Source: a virus | Lineage: Duplodnaviria > Heunggongvirae > Uroviricota > Caudoviricetes | DNA: 23,005 bases | IMG/VR virus record: IMGVR_UViG_3300047667_001391 | Strand: one strand, 5' to 3' | Shown here: in pieces, positions 7,093-13,762 of the stretch | How the letters are laid out: every line of letters begins with the position of its first letter | Position numbering within the stretch: the first letter of the stretch is position 1 | The notes under the pieces: model-generated | What the model was told of the DNA's origin: nothing | Database searches by the model: none | Seen by the model: the letters and a program-made list of their open reading frames with translations, nothing else | Made by a program: the position numbers and the translations under genes

Positions 7093-8091
7093 ATGGCTAA
7101 ACTTCGAAAACTTTTTAAAGATGATGAAATTCTGGACTCCATAGCAGCAACAAAAAGTGATGGGGCCGCCGGAAGAAAGTTATCCGAATTAGGTCGTGGG
7201 AAAATATCAAAACAGTTGATGCGCTATTGGAGACGTCAACTGACTGAGATAACAAAAAAAGATGGGACGCCATATTCGGGATCTGGTAAATTAGATAAGA
7301 AAATTCAGTTAGAAGAAGTGAAATTACGTACACCGAGTCAATCGGACGATGACCGGACAACAGTAGTTACTTATGATGACACAAGAATACTTAATATACC
7401 AGACCAGCATGCACCGTACCAGCACCCAGATGCACTAGATTTCTTGATGGCAGTCAAAAAAGAAATTGAGCCTACAAGAATAGTAAATTTGGGAGATGAG
7501 ACGGACGGACACGGATTATCGATGCATGACTCAGATCCTAACCTAGACTCAGCTGGTGTTGAGCTGGTTAGGGCTAGAGAGTGGCTACAATCACTCGAAG
7601 AAGAATTTCCAATTATGGATATATGTCACAGTAACCACGGCAGCCTAATTTATCGTAGAGCATTTAAATTTGGTATACCAGCTCAGTACATAAAATCATA
7701 TAGAGAAATAATTTTTCCGGATGGAAGTGGCCAAGGTTGGGACTGGAAAGGTCGACATAGAGCAGTATTACCGAACGGCGAAGATGTTATTTTTCAACAT
7801 CAATCTGCTGGTGATACTCTGATTAACGCAGGGCATGAAAGGGCTAGTATCGTAGAGGGACATGAACACGGTAAATTTGAAATACAATACCGTAAATCTA
7901 CCAATGCGCTATACTGGACTATCATATCTGGTTGTTTGATTGACCCCGATGCCATGGCGTTTGCGTATGGTAAATTGTTCCCAAAAAGACCAATTTTGGG
8001 CTGTTCCGTCATCATCGATTCAATACCTAGGTTAATACCCATGGTCTTGGATAGACGAGGCAGATGGATACGAACACTTAGCGGTTTTTAA
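7093..8091 (+). CDS. calcineurin-like metallophosphoesterase with basic N-terminal (HTH-like) extension
   Basis: Motifs DQH (DxH), GDETD (GDxxD), SNH (GNH-like), FQH and GHEH (GHxH). Confidence 0.9.
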   Translation: MAKLRKLFKDDEILDSIAATKSDGAAGRKLSELGRGKISKQLMRYWRRQLTEITKKDGTPYSGSGKLDKKIQLEEVKLRTPSQSDDDRTTVVTYDDTRILNIPDQHAPYQHPDALDFLMAVKKEIEPTRIVNLGDETDGHGLSMHDSDPNLDSAGVELVRAREWLQSLEEEFPIMDICHSNHGSLIYRRAFKFGIPAQYIKSYREIIFPDGSGQGWDWKGRHRAVLPNGEDVIFQHQSAGDTLINAGHERASIVEGHEHGKFEIQYRKSTNALYWTIISGCLIDPDAMAFAYGKLFPKRPILGCSVIIDSIPRLIPMVLDRRGRWIRTLSGF

Positions 8092-8092
8092 A

Positions 8093-8120
8093 AAAAAGGC
8101 ACCCAATTGGGTGCCTTTTT
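8093..8120. terminator. intrinsic terminator (symmetrical)
   Basis: AAAAAGGCACCC-AATT-GGGTGCCTTTTT directly after the phosphoesterase stop. Confidence 0.92.
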
Positions 8121-8135
8121 ATTTTCTATTAATTA

Positions 8136-8164
8136 TTGACATACAATATGTTTTTGGTTAATAT
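8136..8164 (+). promoter_or_regulatory. sigma70-type promoter
   Basis: TTGACA-N17-TAATAT immediately after the terminator. Confidence 0.75.
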
Positions 8165-8202
8165 GTACTCACTCAAATAAACAACTAGATACGGGAAATA
8201 CA

Positions 8203-8568
8203 ATGGCACAATTATTAAAACGGAGAGTGACAATGGATATAAAGGCACAATTATTAGAACAAGTGGCAATGCTTGAACGTTACATCAAAGACGGTTCTTG
8301 TAATGACAACTCACGTGGATTATGTGATAATGTGTTACTTGACTTTGAGGAAAGCACTGTTTACTTTTACTGGACTGATGTATTTGGGAGTTGGTCACAA
8401 TTCAGGGATGATTCGAATTCGACTTTTCCTATTGAAGGGGATTGGTTAAATTATCACGAAAATGATTTAAAGCATGATAGAAGAACTATATGGGGTAATC
8501 TTCGTTTATCATTAGCCAAGCATTGTTTAGAACATACACAAAAAGTGTTGGCAGAACTAAATGAATAA
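8203..8568 (+). CDS. hypothetical protein (121 aa; alternative start 8233)
   Basis: ORF downstream of the promoter. RBS-like GGGA before 8203 and GGAG before 8233. Confidence 0.78.
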   Translation: MAQLLKRRVTMDIKAQLLEQVAMLERYIKDGSCNDNSRGLCDNVLLDFEESTVYFYWTDVFGSWSQFRDDSNSTFPIEGDWLNYHENDLKHDRRTIWGNLRLSLAKHCLEHTQKVLAELNE

Positions 8569-8761
8569 TAAAATGTGCGAAACCATTGAGAAAGTATCGC
8601 CTATGGGACTGAGTAATATTAACTACTCTAGATATGGCACAATAACGAATGTAACAATAACGTGGATTAGATATACCCCGAAACTAAATAGTAAACGGGG
8701 GCGTTTTGGGTTACGTAATCGTAATAGAAAAGTATGTGTCCTTAAATTTGTTTTTGACTAA
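8561..8761 (+). CDS. hypothetical basic protein (66 aa)
   Basis: Overlap-coupled to both neighbours. Confidence 0.65.
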   Translation: MNNKMCETIEKVSPMGLSNINYSRYGTITNVTITWIRYTPKLNSKRGRFGLRNRNRKVCVLKFVFD

Positions 8762-8946
8762 TGACAAACTCTCAACTAAAGAAAATGAAGGCCAGAGAAT
8801 TTAATCTACGACGCGATGAGGTTCTGGCTTATCAAATTGATAGGAAACTTTTTCCTCCAATTGAACTACCACGCACTGCATCAGAAGAGGCCATCAGGCA
8901 TAAATTAATGACTTATCTTGCATTTGGCTATGGATTTATTAATTAA
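8761..8946 (+). CDS. hypothetical protein (61 aa)
   Basis: TAATG stop/start overlap. Confidence 0.68.
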   Translation: MTNSQLKKMKAREFNLRRDEVLAYQIDRKLFPPIELPRTASEEAIRHKLMTYLAFGYGFIN

Positions 8947-8957
8947 TAAAGGATAAA

Positions 8958-9344
8958 ATGATGGACAAAGAATTACTAAAGAAAGAACGTGATGCTAAAA
9001 CTAAATTATATTATTCGTTAAGAGAAGATTGTTATATATTTAAACATAAATTAATGGAGCTAACAAAACACAGAGGGCATAGTGGTGCATTTAGAGTTAT
9101 GGTAGCTGCACTCGACGTATTCGATGATCAAATTAATAATGATCATCAGAGGTACGTAAGGCGTATTAGATTAATTGATGACAAACCAATCATTAAAGAA
9201 TTACAGAACAGTCTAAATCGGGAGCGAGCTAAGCGAGAAGAGTTAGAAAAACAAATTAAAGAAGCCACGACATCTAGTGGTCTGTTCATTAAATACGTTA
9301 AGGATGCATTGAGCATAGGTACCAAAAATAAAAATAATAATTAA
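8958..9344 (+). CDS. hypothetical coiled-coil protein (128 aa)
   Basis: RBS AAGGA. Helical, charged composition. Confidence 0.8.
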   Translation: MMDKELLKKERDAKTKLYYSLREDCYIFKHKLMELTKHRGHSGAFRVMVAALDVFDDQINNDHQRYVRRIRLIDDKPIIKELQNSLNRERAKREELEKQIKEATTSSGLFIKYVKDALSIGTKNKNNN

Positions 9345-9358
9345 TGATGATTTAAGAC

Positions 9359-9386
9359 TTGACTCCACAGAATAATAGCTCATAAT
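9359..9386 (+). promoter_or_regulatory. putative sigma70-type promoter
   Basis: TTGACT-N16-CATAAT in the intergenic region. Confidence 0.6.
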
Positions 9387-9420
9387 AACCACAATCTTAA
9401 TTTACTAAATAGGAAAGAAA

Positions 9421-9795
9421 ATGCAGTTAATAAATTTAGAAGATCGCATGGTCGTTAGACAAAGAAGTGGTGATTACAAAATTGTAATGGGTGAATGTCT
9501 AGCTGGCCTAAAGCATTATTTGTCGTTATCTTCACTTGATAATAATATGAAATGTAAAAGTAATAGAATGTCCAGCAGTGATATTATGGCAGTATATAAA
9601 ACAGATTATCACAGCACAATAACGGATTATTTGGCTGGTAACGGGCTATTTCTATTATGGGAAAGACAAGAAAAAACACCGAGGCAACTAGAATTGGATG
9701 ATTTAAATGGTAGAATGAGTGGACTTATACAAGAATATAAAAAGTTAGATTCATTTAGTGCTGCCGTAAAATTACTCAATGATTCAGTGTCATGA
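9421..9795 (+). CDS. phage hypothetical protein (MxVxQRxG..KIV..DIxxVYK..WE family)
   Basis: RBS AGGA. Paralogous to the C-terminal 126 aa of the next ORF. Confidence 0.82.
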   Translation: MQLINLEDRMVVRQRSGDYKIVMGECLAGLKHYLSLSSLDNNMKCKSNRMSSSDIMAVYKTDYHSTITDYLAGNGLFLLWERQEKTPRQLELDDLNGRMSGLIQEYKKLDSFSAAVKLLNDSVS

Positions 9796-10367
9796 ATATA
9801 ATCGAAACTGGCGATACCGTATTCTTTCGGAATATCCAAACAAAAATCCATGAGATACAACACAAGAAAATGGAAAAAGGATTGGTCGTAAGTGACGATA
9901 ACGATGAATTTGTTGTTGTACAGTGGTCGATTAGACGAACTTGGTGCAGAAAAAAAGATTTAGTTCTAATTAATAAAGGAAAACACATGTTTAATAAATC
10001 TGCACTAGAAACTGGGATGTTTGTCAAACAAAGAAATGGAAAATTTAAAATTGTTCTGGGGGATATTATATGCGGCGAAGATTCTAATTTCGGGAGATTA
10101 TCCGAGTACTCGGATAATTTAAAAAATATATCACATGAAAGATTTGATATTGTTGGTGTATACAAACCAAACGGCGAAGCACCCCTCTCTAAATTTTTAT
10201 TTGGGCAGAAATTAACTGCTATCTGGGAAGACAAGACACCGAAGCAGATAGAAATAGAATCTTTGCATTTGCAATATTTTGAGTTAGTCCAGAAATACAG
10301 GGATTTGGGTGCGATAGGGGATTTACAGTCGTTACTTAATGCATATGGGTACCAATACACTGATTAA
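9792..10367 (+). CDS. two-part hypothetical protein: ~65-aa N-terminal domain fused to a paralogue of 9421-9795
   Basis: ATGA overlap at the start. Internal AAGGA RBS before the in-frame ATG at 9987. Confidence 0.8.
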   Translation: MNIIETGDTVFFRNIQTKIHEIQHKKMEKGLVVSDDNDEFVVVQWSIRRTWCRKKDLVLINKGKHMFNKSALETGMFVKQRNGKFKIVLGDIICGEDSNFGRLSEYSDNLKNISHERFDIVGVYKPNGEAPLSKFLFGQKLTAIWEDKTPKQIEIESLHLQYFELVQKYRDLGAIGDLQSLLNAYGYQYTD

Positions 10368-10424
10368 TTTTATAGTAAAGCGTTTATCAATAATGGTGGC
10401 GCTAACAAAAAGAGGAAGAGACAG

Positions 10425-10709
10425 ATGAGTATGTTCAAGAAAAAAAGTAAAGTAAGTGATATCGTAGCTACGTTGGTTAAAGTTCGCATTGAGTTAGATA
10501 ATGCGGTCGAGCAAAATAAACAAAAAATAATTAAAAGTATGAACGTTGTGCAAATTGGAACAGATGCCATGTATGCCGCAATCAATAAAGCCAAATCAAT
10601 CCAAGATGAATTAACTTCAGATGAAGGTGTAATTACTGAAGCAGCAGAAGCGGAAATCAAAGAAGCTAAGTTGTGGATTGAATCACTCCCTTCCCCAGAT
10701 AAAAAATAA
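10425..10709 (+). CDS. hypothetical helical protein (94 aa)
   Basis: RBS GAGGA. Last + strand gene before the terminator. Confidence 0.78.
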   Translation: MSMFKKKSKVSDIVATLVKVRIELDNAVEQNKQKIIKSMNVVQIGTDAMYAAINKAKSIQDELTSDEGVITEAAEAEIKEAKLWIESLPSPDKK

Positions 10710-10745
10710 TTAATATATAAATAAAAGAAATCAGTGCCGAAGAAA

Positions 10746-10773
10746 AAAAAACCCCTCATAAGAGGGGTTTTTT
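10746..10773. terminator. bidirectional intrinsic terminator between convergent early and late units
   Basis: AAAAAACCCCTC-ATAA-GAGGGGTTTTTT at the strand switch. Confidence 0.93.
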
Positions 10774-10793
10774 GGTTCTAGTAATAGTCAAAA

Positions 10794-11219
10794 CTATAGT
10801 TTTTCTCTACCAAATAGAGCAAGAATGAAATTAGCTATGCCTTTGGTTGGGATATATACAGTAGACTTAAAAATGTCAGTAATTAGCCACTTAGCGCCTG
10901 TGTAAGTTTCTTTTGGGCTAGGTATACACCAACCCCCAAGTAACACCATAATCAGCAAATACTCCATTGGGATATTTTCAGTTATTTGTGTTACTGTATC
11001 TGCAGTGTATGACGTATCATTAGATATCTCATCAGCTGTCTGACTAGTTGCACCTTGGTCTACAGAAACTACGGATTTTTCTTGCTTGACATTCTTACCA
11101 ACATTAGCATTTACTTCAAGTGAGGGTTTCTCTTTAAGTATAGATAGAGGGTCCAGTGCTGCGCACCCACTAAATCCTAATGACAGAATGAGTGCAATTG
11201 TCTTTATGTAATTTCTCAT
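10794..11219 (-). CDS. putative unimolecular spanin (u-spanin, T1 gp11-like); start revised to 11219
   Basis: ATGA overlap with the lysozyme stop. Signal peptide with lipobox FSGC, then PSLEVNANVGKNVKQ (similar to PDVTAQVGAENTKQ of T1 gp11 as recalled) and a C-proximal TM (YLLIMVLLGGWCIPSP). Directly downstream of the endolysin. Confidence 0.75.
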   Translation of the reverse strand: MRNYIKTIALILSLGFSGCAALDPLSILKEKPSLEVNANVGKNVKQEKSVVSVDQGATSQTADEISNDTSYTADTVTQITENIPMEYLLIMVLLGGWCIPSPKETYTGAKWLITDIFKSTVYIPTKGIANFILALFGREKL

Positions 11220-11761
11220 TCTATGGCCATTATACGCCCAGCTAATCTGGATGCCCGAGATGGTGTCTGCATTGCCCAACGTGACGTTAGCATTTCGCCA
11301 GCAGATAAATCATATTGCTTAGATTTTAGATTAGATATAGTTTTCTTAAATTCCAACAAACCACTATTTCCGAGCTGATATGTCATGTTAATTAAAACTA
11401 ATCTGACTTCACCTTCAGCCCACGGATGCAATCTACTTACGCTTTCCTGTGCTAATGCATAATCATGGCGTAATATCTCAACTGCTTTGTGTGGCGTCAA
11501 ATCATGGAATGTCTCACCTTCCTTAATTAGGTGCCCAAAACCTACGGTCAGTTTACCAAGAGAGTCTTTATATGGCTTGGAACGATAGCCTTCGTCCATG
11601 ACTATCTGTGCTATCTCTGACTTGGTGACTCGTTCGGCTTTAAGGCCACTAATATCATCGATGAGTGGCTTTATTGAACTAAAACCGATATAGACTACCA
11701 ATATCATAAGAATAGTGTTTAGACACCTATGAATTGCTTGTGCTTTTTCGTTTTTTAACAT
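11216..11761 (-). CDS. endolysin, T4-type (GH24) lysozyme with N-terminal TM anchor (SAR-like)
   Basis: Catalytic triad E-X8-D-X5-T (DEGYRSKPYKDSLGKLTVGFGH), NMTYQLG, SRWAMQTPSRA. Hydrophobic residues 13-30. Confidence 0.92.
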   Translation of the reverse strand: MLKNEKAQAIHRCLNTILMILVVYIGFSSIKPLIDDISGLKAERVTKSEIAQIVMDEGYRSKPYKDSLGKLTVGFGHLIKEGETFHDLTPHKAVEILRHDYALAQESVSRLHPWAEGEVRLVLINMTYQLGNSGLLEFKKTISNLKSKQYDLSAGEMLTSRWAMQTPSRASRLAGRIMAIE

Positions 11762-11764
11762 TTG

Positions 11765-12103
11765 TTATTTCTCTTGTTTTAACAATGCGTCCAGACGTAC
11801 CGTATTGACTGTTGTAACTCTTACGATCTTATCGAGACTCGTGTCAATTTTTGTTAGTGTTAAATTAAGGCGATTTATTACAGAGTTAGTAACAGCACCT
11901 TCTCTTGTGTTCTTTTCTACTTTTTCTTCGATAATGTTTAGTTTATTATGTAAAGTTTTATTATCTTCGATTAACATCATTTGATTTGTCTTCATTTCTG
12001 TTATGGTGTTGGAATATGCCATCCACGCAGAACCGAATGAAATGAGCCAAGTCACTAAACATGTTGCAATGATTGCTTTGGTTTGGCCGTCTTTATTAAA
12101 CAT
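11765..12103 (-). CDS. putative holin (single TM + coiled coil); start revised to ATG 12103
   Basis: GGGA RBS 6 nt before the ATG. One N-terminal TM. Positioned immediately upstream of the endolysin. Confidence 0.5.
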   Translation of the reverse strand: MFNKDGQTKAIIATCLVTWLISFGSAWMAYSNTITEMKTNQMMLIEDNKTLHNKLNIIEEKVEKNTREGAVTNSVINRLNLTLTKIDTSLDKIVRVTTVNTVRLDALLKQEK

Positions 12104-12183
12104 TATTATTCCCAATGTAAACGAGTATATTTACTCATGTGTTATGGTGATGAATCAAATATATCTGACTCTATTTTTTAATT

Positions 12184-12765
12184 CTACTCGACTGATATAA
12201 CTTTATAGTAAAAACCCTCAACCACAATAGTTGCAGCTCCAGCTGATTTAAGCCTAAGTCTTGCACTGTTATTAACAGTATCTTGTGAAATCATAGGCAG
12301 TTCAAAAAATGCAGTTACTGTCACATCGTTTGTTGCAGTCACATAGTAATCATGTGTAAGATTTAACGTATACGGCGAAATCGAACCTTCTGCTAAATCA
12401 ATTACTAAATTAAGTTCTTGTGCCGCCGCGTGATCAACAACTAAATCAACTCTAAAATTAACAATGTCATTAAGTTTTAAGCTACTAAAATTAAAAGAGT
12501 TAGTTACTGGATTCCATATATCATCTTTCCCCCTAGGATTATATGAGTAAGTCCTTGAGCCTTCAGAATTGTTGGTCAAAAAGGTTGTGTTTGATCCAGC
12601 GACGTGAGTTATTTTAGTTCCACCGTCTGCTGGATTGGTCGCAGTGTCATTAGAATAAAACCAATATACTTGGTGAATACTCTCCGCTAAAGTTTTGATT
12701 TGGTTAATTATAGTTGCAATATCACCGCCTTCAGTTACATTACATACTATATCTTCAATTGGCAT
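12184..12765 (-). CDS. hypothetical, probably virion-associated beta-rich protein (193 aa)
   Basis: Beta-strand-rich composition (DIWNPVTNSFNFSSLKLNDIVNFRVDL). Located in the late operon. Confidence 0.72.
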   Translation of the reverse strand: MPIEDIVCNVTEGGDIATIINQIKTLAESIHQVYWFYSNDTATNPADGGTKITHVAGSNTTFLTNNSEGSRTYSYNPRGKDDIWNPVTNSFNFSSLKLNDIVNFRVDLVVDHAAAQELNLVIDLAEGSISPYTLNLTHDYYVTATNDVTVTAFFELPMISQDTVNNSARLRLKSAGAATIVVEGFYYKVISVE

Positions 12766-12771
12766 AATTTA

Positions 12772-13107
12772 TTATACTCCACATGGGATTGTTTCTGAAA
12801 ACGACAATGTGCCGTTACATGTTAAAACTCCACTTTCGTTAAATAGTGGGATTGTGTCAACTGATGGACCATCGTGGTTATCTGAATGAACTATGTATGT
12901 ACCTGTAGTAACCACTTCAATTGTAGTATTGGCACCTTTTGCAGAAAAATAAATACCCGATGATGAAAGCGGAATTAATCCGCCGCCATCACCAAACTCT
13001 ATTGTCCCCGTACCAGATATCATCACTACATAAAAAAATGAACGGCGTTTACCACTATTTGGGTGACCAAATAGCTTATTTCCGGTGTACTCATTACTAG
13101 TACTCAT
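12772..13107 (-). CDS. small virion-associated protein, shared 78-aa module plus 33-aa Cys-containing tail
   Basis: 67/78 aa identical to 13148-13390. Homologous to the N-terminus of the 998-aa protein. Confidence 0.85.
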   Translation of the reverse strand: MSTSNEYTGNKLFGHPNSGKRRSFFYVVMISGTGTIEFGDGGGLIPLSSSGIYFSAKGANTTIEVVTTGTYIVHSDNHDGPSVDTIPLFNESGVLTCNGTLSFSETIPCGV

Positions 13108-13147
13108 TATTTTGTGTTTCCTATTTATATATAAAAAAATAAATATT

Positions 13148-13390
13148 TTAGGTTTCGTGGTTATCTGAATGAACTACATATGTTCCGGTGGTTACCACTT
13201 CAATTGTAGTATTGGCACCATCTATCGTTTGATATTCACCATTAATCCCGAGAGGAATTAATCCTCCACCATCACCAAACTCTACTGTCCCAGTACCAGA
13301 TAACATCACCACATAAAAAAATGAACGACGTTTGCCACTATTTGGGTGACCAAATAGTTTATTCCCAGTGTACTCATTACTAGTACTCAT
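13148..13390 (-). CDS. small virion-associated protein, stand-alone 78-aa module
   Basis: RBS GAGGA. Tandem paralogue of 12772-13107. Confidence 0.85.
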   Translation of the reverse strand: MSTSNEYTGNKLFGHPNSGKRRSFFYVVMLSGTGTVEFGDGGGLIPLGINGEYQTIDGANTTIEVVTTGTYVVHSDNHET

Positions 13391-13417
13391 TGTTGTATAT
13401 TCCTCATTGTTTTTATG

Positions 13418-13747
13418 TTAGATTATTTCTTCCGTATCTGGAAACCTTGTTTTTCTTATGTAATTAGCTTGAGCTTTACTAATCCACACTTCGTCCGACG
13501 TCGGCGGTGGCGTGTCTGCTAGCAACTCATCAACCATTGCGTCAAGTTGCTCTGCAGTCAAACCTGTATTTTCTGCATCAAAGGGGTAATTAAACCCCAT
13601 TGATGCTAAATCTACTATACCCGAAGGTTCCGTAGCACCTGTAATAAATAACGTTATTGTTCCATAAACAGCAGCGTATTTATGCAGGTTTTTTAGCTCT
13701 TCTGGTGCATGATTTGTATCATATACGAAGTACTTTGGTGTGTTCAT
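13418..13747 (-). CDS. hypothetical acidic protein (109 aa), downstream partner of the 998-aa protein
   Basis: RBS AAGGAG. Closely packed. Confidence 0.8.
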   Translation of the reverse strand: MNTPKYFVYDTNHAPEELKNLHKYAAVYGTITLFITGATEPSGIVDLASMGFNYPFDAENTGLTAEQLDAMVDELLADTPPPTSDEVWISKAQANYIRKTRFPDTEEII

Positions 13748-13762
13748 TATATTACTCCTTCA

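Noticed and set aside
718-10759. Antisense ORFs in the early region (e.g. 718-948, 968-1255, 3736-4161, 7115-7360, 9776-10360, 10370-10759)
   Set aside because: They lie opposite well-supported genes, lack convincing RBSs or motifs, and look like codon-bias shadows.
11723-11725. P1 Lyz-type disulfide switch via Cys13 in the endolysin anchor
   Set aside because: Cys13 is the only Cys in the protein, so no intramolecular isomerisation is possible.
13122-13129. T4-type late promoter TATAAATA (- strand); another copy at 10716-10723 (+)
   Set aside because: The first abuts the SD (TAAATAGGAAA, the same context as an early gene at ~9406), and the second points into a terminator. Both are expected by chance in AT-rich DNA.
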